DNA of 64,000 nucleotides from Cladosporium halotolerans (taxonomy: Eukaryota), in contig NW_027191458.1 of NCBI RefSeq assembly GCF_011745625.1, positions 124,001-188,000 on the forward strand. The letters are read 5' to 3'. Shown piece after piece: positions 36,701 through 48,968 of this stretch; position 1 is the first letter of the stretch; each line of letters opens with the position of its first letter. The notes beneath the pieces are model-generated. The model was given only the letters and a program-made list of their open reading frames with translations, did not search any database and was not told where the DNA came from. A program made the position numbers and the translations under genes.

Positions 36701-37521
36701 AACCTGACCTCGGCCAAAATGTACCCGACGAAAGACTTCGCCGGTTGGAAATCGAGCAATGGCCGCTCGCACCGCCTCGCTGTCCAGCAGCGCTACGCCA
36801 GCTGCTTGTCGATCCGCTTTCGCGACAAGAAGCTGGTCGGCGGCAACAACGCGGCGTTTGCCGTGCTGTGGCTGCGCGACTTGCCGGACGAGGAAGTGCG
36901 AGAGATAGAGCTGCCGGTGTGGAAAGGCGATTTCGCGCGCGCCATCGCGTGCTCGCTGGACGAGTGTGGCGAGAAGATCGGGACCGTGAAGATGAAGGTT
37001 GCGTTCTGGAGTGGGTTGGGCGATGCCCACTCGAGCTGGGCGAAAAGGGACCCTCATCTCCAGAACGTCATGGAAGTCCTCGAGACGGCGAGGGACAATC
37101 TGGAGCGCGATGAGGCTGGCGAGAAAGCCGGGGTTGTGCAGGACGAGAGTGATGCCGAGTCAGGAGAGGCGAAGGATGAGGGTGATTCTTCGACTGATGA
37201 CGAGTCAGGCGATCACGAAGCTGACGAGGCCGGATCTCGAAACGGGCACTCGGAGGAGAAGAGAGATTCGAAGAGCACGATGGAGCGCTACCGCGAGCGT
37301 CGCCGTGATCAGAAGGTCGAGCACAGGCGACATCGCGGAGTGATGCAGTTCAGGGTAAGTGAGGTTGTGTCCCTCGTCATTGCGCTTAGTACTAACGCAT
37401 TTCTCGACAGATTCCTCGAACAGCTCGCTGGGCGTTTAACAAGGGGGAGCGTGCGCAAGATAAAGTCGCGAACTTGTTCAAGCACCACACCAGGGAGCCT
37501 GGTGTTGAGACGGAAGTGTAA
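33752..37521 (+). CDS. SMP + C2 domain membrane-contact protein (Mug190/tricalbin-like); exons 33752..37354, 37411..37521
   Basis: Two TM helices, SMP start ESVRWLNSLLGSVWPLVN, and C2 motifs ADPYV and WDSDRFTADDDLG. Intron 37355..37410 (GTAAGT...ACTAAC...CAG) gives the C-terminus ...HHTREPGVETEV*. Confidence 0.88.
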
Positions 37522-37727
37522 TGCGGATGATAAAGCGTCAGTGAGGCGTCGGTTAATGAATTGCTTTGGTGTTCTTCTTTCCGATTCTTTTGTCGCACGA
37601 CCCGCCTTTTCACCTGAGCATAGCGTTTCAGCGGTTACATGGTAATACAAGGGCATCGCTTCAGCAAAAGATTTGTAGCGTAAAATGCATCATAGGCGAG
37701 ATCTGTTGATACCCGAACGAAGAGACA

Positions 37728-39491
37728 TCACAGCTTTGCGACTCTGCCCAGCTCTTTCTTTGCTCTCTCCCTCAACTCGCGCCGAAGCAACTTTCCAATG
37801 GCACTCTTCGGTATCTCATCAACAAATGCAACACCACCCCTCAGCTGCTTGTACTCTGCCAGTCTCCCCTTGACGAAATCTTTCACCTCGTCTTCGCTCA
37901 GCTTGCCAGGTTCAACCGGCACGACGTACGCTCGGGGCAAATCGGTGCCTGGGTCATCGGGAGCGGGTACGCCAATCACGGCAGCTTCTTTGATACCCGG
38001 GTGTGAAAAAAGCAAGTTCTCGAGCTCAGCGGGAGCAATCTGGAGACCCTTGTACTTCAGAAGCTCCTTCTTCCGATCAACAACGAAGAATCTGCCATCC
38101 CTTCGGACAGCAATATCGCCAGTCAGGAACCAGCCATCTTTGAAAGTCGCTTTGGTCGCCTCCTCATTCTTGAAATACCCGTTCGTCACCAATGGGCTCC
38201 GCACGATCAGCTCGCCCTCGTTTCCCTCACCTTCCACATCCCGGAACTCCTCGTCCACCAGCCTCAGCTCAACACCGGGCAAGACGCCACCAATACTCCC
38301 ACTCACGTCAGTCTCGCCTTTCGGCACAGCCGTCACCGCGCCCGTCGTCTCACTCAGTCCCCACGTCTGCCCCACACTCACTCTCTGATCCGAGCCAGCG
38401 CCTCGCAAACGCCCCGAAGCAGCCGTCTGCAGCACGCCATCCATAGGCGCGGCGCCCGTCGCCGCCCCCTCCACGTACTGGAAATGATCAGTGACCTCCT
38501 TACTCTTCGCAATGCGCAGCCAGATGCTCGGCACAGTGTAAAAAGCCGTAATGCGGTACTGCTTCAGATACTTCAAGAGATCCGCCCAGCGATACCGCCT
38601 CATCCAGACGACGGTGCCGCCGGCGTAGATTGGAGCGCAGAGGTAGCCGAACAAGCCGGCGATGTGCGAGATGGGCAAGTGCGCAAGCGTGCGGTACTCT
38701 GTCGGCGCGAAAGTACCCTTCGCCATCTCGGCCTCGGCCCAGGAGCGGACGGAGAGCGCGGTGATGTACGTCTCGGCCACGAGGTTGGTGTGCGAGAGCA
38801 TGACGCCTTTGGGGAGGCCAGTGGTGCCTGAGGACCAGAGGATGGTGATCAGGCTTTCCTTGAGGGCCTTTGGATCGGTGATTTGGTGCCAGGGGAGGCG
38901 GGAGGCGGAGATGGCGTTAACGCCGCTGCCTAGGCTTTCGAGTTTGTGGGCTCGAGACGATGAGAGGACGAGGACGCGGTCGAGGGATATGTTGCATTGC
39001 TGTGCTGCCTTCTTTGTGACGTCGATGTGCTCTTCGCCGCAGATGACTAGGTTGCTGCCTCCGATGCTGATCTGACGAGCAAGTTCGGAGACTGTTGAGC
39101 TGGGGCTGGCTGCAGAGTAGACGCCGCCGGCTGCTATGACACCGAAGAAGGCGGCTGGCACCATGATTTGGCCATATGATATCACTGTGATTACGTCGGT
39201 GTTCGGCCCATTGGCACCGATACCATATGAGTTGCGAAGTCCGTGGGCAATGCGCTGGACGAGGTCTCGAAGTTGGGATTTGGTGATGCTGTTGTCCGGA
39301 TTTGCTGCATCCTGGTGGAGGATCGCATCTTCCTGGGAAATTGAGTATGGTGAATCTAGAATGTTCACTGGTCAGATCAGAGCACTTCATTCGGTCAATT
39401 TGGTGAATCCAATACCGAACAAGAAAGTCAACAGGTCCAAGTTTGGTAGATCGACGTCTGGCTGCGTCGCATTACAATATATCTTCTCCAT
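37728..39491 (-). CDS. 4-coumarate/phenylacetate-CoA ligase-like AMP-binding enzyme with a PTS1 signal (exons 39491..39416, 39355..37728)
   Basis: WSSGTTGLPKGV, GQTWGLSET, GWFLTGDI, DRKKELLKYKG and IPKSAIGKLLRR motifs; C-terminal AKL. First exon MEKIYCNATQPDVDLPNLDLLTFLF, intron 39415..39356. Confidence 0.93.
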
Positions 39492-39876
39492 AGTTAATGC
39501 GATCCTTCGTTTGGTTGGAGACAGGTCTATTTTATTGAGCAATCTAGAATTGTTTTAATCTTCGGCTTCGCGCAGCTGCAATATGTCCTTGTTAGGTTCG
39601 GGATCGGAAGCTTCCTTATACCTTCAGTGTAGGCGTGAGGGGTTAACAAGCGGCCGAGGTACGCTCAGCTCGTCGATCGATCCAACAAGCGTCTCGGTTA
39701 GGTTCCCAGCAAATACTCGGTTATTTTACGTCCATGAAGAGAGCTGCTCCATCAAATGGAGATCGCGTATATCTAATCATGTCGACACTAATCATGGTAG
39801 AAGATCATACTGTTGCTACGTTCATGGCGATCTACGTGCGTACAGACTTCGATTGATCTAACCAATTTCCGTTCCT

Positions 39877-42092
39877 CTACATGCCACCATCGAGGTAGTA
39901 CGAGATTGTGTAGTTGAGGAAAGTGCACTGCTTCAAGTCAGGGAACTGAATAGTCTTCGCAGGCCAGTCGAGATTCTTCGCAGGACCATTGCGGTCGCGC
40001 ACCGGCAACCATGGACCCGATCGACGAACACCCTCGATCATCTATTACATCAGACGTTAGTAATGGAGACACATCGGGCTCAAAGGTTACGGCAACTCAC
40101 ATCATTGTATCCTCGCACCTCGAGATATCTCATAGGCGGGTTCGGGTCACCTGTCCGCGTGAAGGCCGCGATGTATCCCGACATAAGCTGGGATGTCTTC
40201 AAGTCATTGGCGTCCCGCAACGGCTGCTGGTTTCCGTAGGTAAAGCCTACGTCTGCACCATGGAGGCGGAAGTAGGGCAGGTTCGGGTTGCCATTGGGGA
40301 AGCCGGCAGTGACAGGCCCGGATGCGAGACCGGAAGCACCCAGATTGTTCGGGTCATAACCTCCATAGGTGCGGTCGAGGTTGTAGTAGTATGCCTTGTC
40401 GAAAGCGCGACTCTTTGCACCGGCGTAGACAGTTGCCTCGTCAATGCAGCGGAAGGTTTTGTCCGTGGCGATGCGCTGGCTGACGTTGAATGCGTCGAGG
40501 GTAAGGTTGCCGGTGTCGTAGAAGGGGAACAGGCCGCTGTCAATGGTGAGTTGAGCGTATTCTGCAGTGATACCAAGACTGGCTTGAATGCCCTCGGATA
40601 GGTCGGAGATGTTCGCTGGAGGGAAGTTGGAGAAAGAGGCACCGTCGTCAGTGGTAGTTCCGAACATGACCGGGACGTGAGCAGTGCTGCTGTTACGCTC
40701 TGAAACAATGAGCTGTGGGGTGTTGACGATGGTGCCATCCTGGACGACGTATCTTGCGACAGTCGCGTAGTTCTGGATTGTTTGAGCAGGAACATCCTTG
40801 AGACACTCAATCTGCGCGTCAAGCGATGTCTGGTTGCAACCAAGGCCACGGAAGATTTGCTGACCGGCAACTGCATAAGACTCGTTGACGGTGTAGTAAG
40901 AGCTGTAAGTGGTACCATAGTCGCCGTCAAGACCAAGAGTCCTGCCGCCACCCAAGTTAGATTGCGGGATAGCTCCCGCAATAAGTTTCTGGTTGATGAC
41001 TCGAGGAGATCCCAGCAAGGTGCGAACGGAACCTGCACCAGCGCTTCCACCAATCTGCTATTTCATTAGATTGGTCTCAAGAGCGATGCGGACATCACTT
41101 ACGATAGTAACACGGTTCGGGTCGCCACCAAACTGTGCAATGTTCTTCTTCACCCACTCTAGCGCCACAATTTGGTCGCCGATACCAAAGTTGCCCTTGA
41201 TATCAGTACCTGGGATCGCGAGAAAGCCCAGGGTCGACAAGCGATAGTTGATCTCAACACCGACAATGTCTTCCCGCGAGGCAAAGTTGCCAGAATCTTC
41301 ACCACTAGTCGGACCACCATCTCCGCCCGTGAATCCACCACCGTGAATCGAGAAGAGGACAGGTCTCAGGTCTTTCTTTGATCCAGCCTTGGGCAGATAC
41401 GGAGTTTGGATGTTCAAGAAAAGGCATTGCTCGCCACCTGTGGTGCGGCCAACTTGCACGCAGTCTGATCCGTACTTAGTGGCCTGAATGGTCTCGCCAG
41501 TGCCGTCGTAAAGAGTCGAGTATTCGAAGCGAGCTGGTGGTTTCGCGTAAGGGATACCGTTAAAGCGGAAAGATTTCTGGTTACGGAAGCCGACGTATTT
41601 GTTACCACCAGAGGAGACGGTGAGCTGGTTAGAAGCTGTGGCGTTTGAAGTGACGGCGGTGTTTGCATTGCTAGATTGCGTGCAAAGGACTGGGAGTTTC
41701 TTGTTGCGGCTTTGAACCTTTGCAAAGTTGAGCTTTTTGTCGAATTCGCCCACGGTCAAGGCCCCATTCTGGATAAGGTACTGCTGCTTGTGGCTTTGGT
41801 GACCTGCAAAGCTCAAGTAGGCCAGGGAGTGCAGGAAGTCATCGCTGTGGCTCTCAATGGACATCTGCGTCAGTAGTGTCTCTCCAATAGCGGCACATGC
41901 TTTGGCTCCAGCCTCTGGCATCATGGGATCCAGCACAATGGCACCAATGTGGTTGACATCGTCAGTAGTGTTGAGGTTGTTCTGGTAGATCAGTGTCATA
42001 GACGTCCCAGAATTGCTGACTGCTGGTGCTGCAACCACAGTTGAGCTAAGAAGTAATGCTGCAGCAGCAGCAGCTCTTGTCGTCGGGCCCAT
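39877..42092 (-). CDS. Secreted type-B carboxylesterase (exons 42092..41103, 41054..40101, 40041..39877)
   Basis: Signal peptide, EQCLFLNI, HGGGF oxyanion motif, FGGDPNRVTI|IGGSAG nucleophile elbow, GTTTDDG and HGAD. Introns 41102..41055 and 40100..40042. Confidence 0.92.
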
Positions 42093-43217
42093 GTCTTCAG
42101 GTTCCGCACGGTGTAGGGAGAAGACGATGATCGATGAAAACAATACTGCGAACCATGAGGGGACGTGAGGGTATTGATATGCTTTGTGGGTCATGATTCC
42201 CGATGCTTCAATCAACCGTTTAAGTTCGTTCTTCCCGATTCACCGAGCAAAGACTCCTCCCCACGCGGTCCACACGCGGTCTACTAGATTAAACCCACAG
42301 ACGGGATCATTAAGCCTGCCTTGTTCTGGGGTACTCCATTCGGTGCTCCATTCGACCGTGCAGGCAAAACCGGGAAGCACGGCGTGACTCTGCGTGGTCG
42401 TATGGGGGAGTTGGTCCACAACGGTAGTTGCCATTTAGCCGGGTGCGGCTGTTCTCAAGTTTTATTAGCGTCAGCTGTCAGTGGTGATGCCATTTTCAGC
42501 AATTTTCCGTCCTTGCCATGCTGTCAAATATTGGATTGTTACCTGGCCATACAGTTTGACAAGGATGAGGTGCATGGGTGTTCAGCATTGGAGCCAATGA
42601 AGTGGCAAAACCCTCCTTCGATATTGCCGAAGCCCGCGTCTCTCGTTGTAGGAATTCCTGCGAGAGGCTTGCTGTGTGCCACCTGACAGCACCGCGACTT
42701 CTTCCAAGGCCTGGATCTATCCTCACCAGTATGGGTGTGAGATTGACCAAGCGGTAGTTGGAGGCAGTGGACACTCTCGTGTGTCCATCTCTGGACAGAA
42801 AGCAGGCGGCCATATTGCCCCATTTTCAGCGAATTCAAGACTTAGAAATTCATCAAAAGCTCTTGACACCATATTAACTCCATGACGAGGTTCACTGTTC
42901 GCCTTCAAACTTGTTGACATCTCATCATAGAGAAGAGAGAGAAAGGGAGAGGCGATCATACCTAGCGCTATCAATCGCAGGCGACCCCACAGCTCCACTT
43001 TCCCCAGATCTGGCCATCTCGCATCGTCGGCGCCCGCCGACGACCAAGATAATGACCATCGCGAGCCACCTGATCTTCACGTCGCTGTTCTAGAATATGC
43101 CGAGCAACTGCGGCCGCACACTTCACTCCATGGACACTTACCTGACGCATTCAGCTCTGCGACCGGTATCAGACGAGTTCGGTTGAAAAAGCAAGGAAAC
43201 AGGCACGCTCGCCTATC

Positions 43218-45599
43218 ATGGCGGACATACCGGACGACCCAATTGAGTACAATGCGTACATTGAGGAGATGAGGAAGACGCAATACCCGATGCTTGGACA
43301 GAAGACTTATTTGGACCATGCCGGCACTACGCTGTACAGCAAAGCTCTTATGGACCGATTCCACGCCGACATGATGGGCAATCTGTTTGGAAACCCCCAC
43401 TCCGCTTCACAGTCAAGTCAGCATTCGACGCAGCTGGTGGAGGATGTCCGTTTGCGGCTTCTGCAATTTTTTGGAGCGGCTTCTGAGCAATACGATCTGG
43501 TCTTCACCGCCAATGCCACCGCTGCTATCAAATTGGTCGCCGAGGCGTTCAGGGAGCAAGAGGGGGGGTTTTGGTATGGATACCATGCCGATTCACACAC
43601 CAGCTTAGTGGGTGTTCGACAGCTGGCGAGAGAGCACAGGTGCTTCGAATCGGATGCTGAGGTTAATCGCTGGATTGAACCCAGCGAAGAGGACTCCTCC
43701 ACGATGGTGAAGCTGTTCGCATATCCGGCACAGTCAAATATGAACGGCCGACGACTGCCGATGCAATGGACTACTGCACTACGACAATCTGGAGAGAAGC
43801 GGACATATACCTTACTGGATGCAGCTTCCTACGTGTCGACCTCACCACTAGACCTCCGTCACATTGAATCGTCACCAGACTTTGTGACTGTGAGCTTGTA
43901 TAAGATCTTTGGGTTCCCCGATCTCGGCGCGCTTCTCGTACGGAAAGATGCTGCCGACATCTTTTCAAAGCGTAGCTATTTCGGTGGTGGTACCGTTGAT
44001 TTGGTTGTGACTCTCAAAGAACAATGGCACGCGAGGAAGGCTGGAGCCGTGCACGAGCAGCTTGAAGATGGCACGCTTCCGATCCATAGCATTCTTGCAC
44101 TCAAGGCTGCCATGCATATACATTCGGAGCTTTTTGGATCTATGGAACGCGTTGCGCGACATACGGCGATGCTAGCTCGGCAATTGCATGAGGGCTTGTC
44201 CGCCATGAGGCATGGGAATGGCAAGCAAGTATCCACTATCTACAGAAGCCCCGACAGCAGTCATGGTCCGGTCTTGGCCTTCAATCTACGCAACAGCCGG
44301 GACGAATGGATCAGTAACACCGAAGTGGAGAAGCTTGCATCAGTCAAGCAAATACAATTCCGAACCGGCGGCCTATGCAATCCTGGAGGAGTAGCTACGT
44401 CGCTAGGCTTGGCACCATGGGAGATGAAAGAGAATTTCTCCGCTGGCCAGCGCTGCGGAACCGAAAACGATATCATGAATGGGAAGCCCACTGGAATGAT
44501 TCGTGTCAGTCTTGGTGCGATGAGCACAGTGTCCGACGTGACACGATTTCTGTCCTTCGTGAGCGAATTCTTCATTGATCCGCTGGTGTCAACGTCAAGA
44601 GCAGACTCACCAATGCAGAATTTGTGCCCAGTCGTATCGAGTCGCCTGCGGATAGAGAGTCTCACTGTGTATCCTGTCAAAAGCTGCGCGGGCTGGCAGA
44701 TTCCGTACGGGGCACAGTGGGAAGTACGTCGGGAAGGCCTAGCTTGGGATCGTGAGTGGTGCATCGTACACCAAGGCACTGGCGCTGCTCTCAGTCAAAA
44801 GAAGCACCCGCGCATGGCGTTGATCAGGCCACACCTGGACTTCAAAGCTGGCAGGTTGCACATCCGAAGAGTAGGAAGCGCAGAGCAAATCAGCGTACCG
44901 CTCTCGCTTGATCCTTCATACTTCGCATGCGAAAAGTTGAGAGAAGGCAGCACGAACGTGTGCGGTGACACCGTCCAGGCTCGGCTGTACACTTGCGACG
45001 CCATTGCAACCTTCCTCACGAACGCGGTAGGTGTGCCATGCACATTAGCCAGGTTCCCGAGCTCTCACGATGCTACATCTATTGGCCGACATAGCAAATC
45101 GCATTTGATGCCATCAAATCGACAGCCCGGCATTCCGCATCCAATACTGCTGAGCAACGAATCACCAATCCTGACAATCAACCGATCATCACTCAATCGC
45201 CTCAACGAACAAATCAAAGCTAAAGGAGGCAAAGCAGCGCATCCCGCCGTCTTCCGAGCCAACATCGTGCTAGCAGAGAGCTCACACCTTGCTCCCGGCC
45301 AAGAGCGACCCTGGGCGGAAGACGAGTGGGAGTGTATGCAAGTCGGCGGCCCTGACGGGCCAAAATTTGAGTTCCTCGGTGGCTGCAGGCGGTGTCAGAT
45401 GTTGTGTGTTGATCAAGAGAGTTCGGAGAAGAGTGAAGAGCCGTTCGTCACGCTGGCGAAGACGAGACGATTTGGTGGCAGGATCTTGTTTGGCGTGCAT
45501 ACCGCGTTGGCTGACCGCAGAAGCGTGGGCGGGTGGCCGACGATTTGCGTAGGCGATGCTGTTGAGACGCAGAGGAAGGAGATCATCGAAAACCAGTAG
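43218..45599 (+). CDS. hxB: Molybdenum cofactor sulfurase (PLP-dependent NifS-like domain + MOSC domain)
   Basis: YLDHAG, GNPHS, SLYKIFGFPDLGAL (PLP lysine) and RTGGLCNPG. MOSC motifs YPVKSC, WDREW, FRANIV and CRRCQM. Confidence 0.93.
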   Translation: MADIPDDPIEYNAYIEEMRKTQYPMLGQKTYLDHAGTTLYSKALMDRFHADMMGNLFGNPHSASQSSQHSTQLVEDVRLRLLQFFGAASEQYDLVFTANATAAIKLVAEAFREQEGGFWYGYHADSHTSLVGVRQLAREHRCFESDAEVNRWIEPSEEDSSTMVKLFAYPAQSNMNGRRLPMQWTTALRQSGEKRTYTLLDAASYVSTSPLDLRHIESSPDFVTVSLYKIFGFPDLGALLVRKDAADIFSKRSYFGGGTVDLVVTLKEQWHARKAGAVHEQLEDGTLPIHSILALKAAMHIHSELFGSMERVARHTAMLARQLHEGLSAMRHGNGKQVSTIYRSPDSSHGPVLAFNLRNSRDEWISNTEVEKLASVKQIQFRTGGLCNPGGVATSLGLAPWEMKENFSAGQRCGTENDIMNGKPTGMIRVSLGAMSTVSDVTRFLSFVSEFFIDPLVSTSRADSPMQNLCPVVSSRLRIESLTVYPVKSCAGWQIPYGAQWEVRREGLAWDREWCIVHQGTGAALSQKKHPRMALIRPHLDFKAGRLHIRRVGSAEQISVPLSLDPSYFACEKLREGSTNVCGDTVQARLYTCDAIATFLTNAVGVPCTLARFPSSHDATSIGRHSKSHLMPSNRQPGIPHPILLSNESPILTINRSSLNRLNEQIKAKGGKAAHPAVFRANIVLAESSHLAPGQERPWAEDEWECMQVGGPDGPKFEFLGGCRRCQMLCVDQESSEKSEEPFVTLAKTRRFGGRILFGVHTALADRRSVGGWPTICVGDAVETQRKEIIENQ

Positions 45600-46089
45600 A
45601 TATGACCCCAATTTAATCGTCTTACCAACAGTCCCTGCACGTGGGTGCCTGATGTTTACATGCCGCTTTTGGACCTCTCCATATTTGAGCAATGCCGCGT
45701 GGCTGTGACGATGGCGGAGGGAGTCGACCGAGCTTCAGCTGCGACAGGGGACTCAGCGCGCCCGCAAATCAGACGCCAGAGCATCGCCAACAAGGCGACG
45801 AGCGTAATTAATTGTACCGTCCAGCCGTCTCCCTTCCCAATGTATACAATCGCATAATCGTAATCTTTCAATAACGCATGCCCCCTTCCGAACGTCCGCA
45901 ATAGACCGATCAATTTATCTAATCGACGTCGCCGCCCGCCGCGAACCGAACCATCACAGTCACTCCCCCGATCGCTGGCTTAGGAGAGGCAAGGCTGATG
46001 CCGGAGCCGTAAAGAGCAAGAATTGAGAGGCACTGCGCACTCGTCGCATACGTACACGAACCCACAATACATTCCGTTGGCGAGCGCAT

Positions 46090-48968
46090 ATGCCGCCGGC
46101 CAGGACACAGGCCGAGCATGAGCTGCAAGACCAGCGGAAGAAGGTATACCATCCCCAAGGCGCTCCCTCACAATCACAACCACCGCTGACAACCGACAGC
46201 TCGCCAGCTCCTACCAATCGCTTCTGACCGAGTTCTCCTCGCCCGACCTCCGCTCCGTCGGCAACTACACACTCGGCCGCCTCATCGGCAAAGGCAGCTT
46301 CGGCAAAGTCTACCTGGCCTCGCACAAGCTGACGAACGGGTCGCGGGTGGTGCTCAAGAGCGCGAAGAAAGACGATGCGAACCTCGCGCGCGAGATCCAC
46401 CACCACCGGCAGTTCCTGCACCCGCACATCGCTCGGCTGTACGAGGTCATCGTGACAGAGACGCTGGTATGGCTGGTGCTCGAGTACTGCCCGGGCGACG
46501 AGCTGTACAATCACTTGCTGGAGCACGGGCGCATGGAGCCCGCGCAGGTGCAGAAGATCTTCACGCAGCTCGTCGGCGCCGTCAGCTATGTTCACGGCAA
46601 GCAGTGCGTGCATCGGGACCTGAAGCTGGAGAATATCTTGCTGGACAAGCATGGGAACGTCAAGCTGGTGGATTTTGGGTTTACGAGGGAATACCAGGGC
46701 GCTACGAGCTATCTGCAGACGTGGTGTGGGACGGTCTGTTACTCAGCGCCAGAGATGTTGAAGGGGGAGAAGTATGCGGGTGAAAAGGTGGATGTGTGGA
46801 GTTTGGGGATCATTCTGTACGCGCTGCTGTGCGGCGAGCTGCCGTTTGACGAGGATGACGAGATGGCGACGAAGGGCCTGATCATGAAGGAGGAGCCGAA
46901 GTTTCCGGAACACATGCCCGAGCCGGCGAAGGAGTTGATCAAGAAGCTGCTCTCCAAGCGACCTCTGTTACGGCCTGCGCTGGCGGATATTCTGAAGGAT
47001 CCCTGGCTGGCTGAGTATGCACCGCAGCAGCAAGAGATCCTCAAATTGCAGCAGCCCGCGCCTTTCAGTACCCAGCTGGAGAAGGACACCCTTCAGCGCA
47101 TGCGCAGTGCTGGTGTCGACATCGACATGGTCATTGAGCATGTGCTGTCACAACGCTGTGACGGACTAGCTGGTTGGTGGGCCCTGTTGATCGAGAAGGA
47201 GACACGCAAGGAGCGAAGAAGAGAACGCAAACGCAAGGAGCGAGAAGCCGACGCGAAGTCCATTCGCCGTTTGAGTGCTGCCAGTAACAGACTGCTCGCC
47301 CAGAGTGCTTTGCTTGGGGAGATCAACGAGGGCGAAGAGGCGTCCGGAGACGGGTCTTCGGTCGCAAGAGGTCGCAGGACTAGGAGGAATGCGAGCTTGA
47401 ACCGTCGAAGTCAGGTCGAGGAGATGCCGAAGGTTTCTGAGAACAAGCCAGCCACACCGCCGCTGCCCAGGAAAGAGAACGACCCGTCGAAACCAGCACT
47501 GCCTGACAAGCTAGAGCTTAGCAGGAGTCGCAGCCGTCCACCTCCACCACCCAAGGACATCAACCCTTCCATACGACGTCCGAGAAACATCAGTCGAGGC
47601 AGTACCAGCATGCTTCACCACGTCACAGTCAACCCAGACTTGCTCAGCCCATCCTACGTCCCGCCACCTCAACGCAAGAAGAAGATATTCTACCACCAAC
47701 CACTCAAACAGCAACTGGCAATGTTTAAGCACTGGTTCAAAGAAAGCGCCAAGCGAGCCAAATCGCCCACCAGCGCCGACAACACCAACGCGCGCAAAAA
47801 CGGCCCCGAGAGCCCCGGCCTCTTCATCAACGGCAAAAAGCACGCCGCAGAAGAAGGCACCCTCCAGCGCAACCTCACCCGAACCTCCACCGGCCCAACA
47901 CCCGCCCGCACCTCCAGCCTCGGCAGCCGCCCCGACCTCACGCAGCGTCAAACCCTCCCCGCCCGCCCACGCATCAACACCAACGCCTCCTTCGAATCCC
48001 GCGCCTCGAACACCACCCGCAAGCGCCAATCCCTCAGCCCACACACCCTAACCCCCCACTCCTCCTACCGGCGCTCCTCCGGCCTCCGCGGGCGCAAAAG
48101 CACCTCCTCCTCGGTCTCCTCCATCCGCAGCACCTTCCCGCCCTCCACCAGCGGGCCCAACCACCAACACACCCTCTCCAAAGCTTCCTCGACCTCCAGC
48201 ACCAGCCTCGCCAGCCCCTCAGGCCTCAGCACCGCCTCCGGCTCCCGCGCCGCGCGCTCGCCCCACTCCTCCGTCAAAGTCCTGCCCGCGACGCCCACGC
48301 ACGCGGCCTTCCCATCCGGCATCCGCGTCTCGCGCCGCCCCCCGCCGAGCGGGCTGGGCACGCTGCCGGCGTTCTCGGAGGCGAAGAACGCGTTCGGCAG
48401 CGGCGGCGGCGGCGGCGGGGCGCTCGCGTCGCCGGGTCTGCCTGTTTTCGCGCGCAGGAAGAGGTCCGTTTTCAAGGGCCCGGGAGCGATTGGGGCGGCG
48501 ACGTCGCCTAGTGGGCTGGGGAGGGTGCCGATGGCGCCTGGGTCGAGGTCTGGGTCTGTGCCTGGCAGGCGGAGCGCGGAGATTATCGGGGGGATTGAGG
48601 AGGAGGAGGAGGAAGAGGAAGAGGGAGAGGGAGAGGGAGGGGAGGGAGGGGAGGAAGTGTTGCTTGAAGAGGAGGATGATGAGGATGGGGAGGAGAAGTG
48701 GGTTGACGCGGATCAGTTTGGGCCGGAGCTTGAAGTGCCGCCCGCAGTCCCGGAGGCCGGGGCGGAGGCGGGAGAAGGGCTTCTGGCGCCTGCGCCGGCG
48801 CTGAAAGAGGGGGACGTGCTTGCTGATACGGAGAGTGGCGCGAGCGTGCCGTTAACGCACGAGGCGTTGAAGATGAAGGACGAGCAGGATGAGGAGGTCG
48901 CTGCTGCTTCGGCTTCGGGCAAGGAGGGGAAGGAGAAAGAGCAGGAGAAGGGGGTTGCGGTGGAGTGA
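46090..48968 (+). CDS. Ser/Thr protein kinase, CAMK-like (resembles S. pombe Ppk16 type); exons 46090..46143, 46200..48968
   Basis: IGKGSFGKVY, VVLK, HRDLKLEN, DFG, CGTVCYSAPE and DVWSLG. Intron 46144..46199 (GTATAC...GCTGAC...CAG). Long S/R-rich then acidic tail. Confidence 0.92.
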
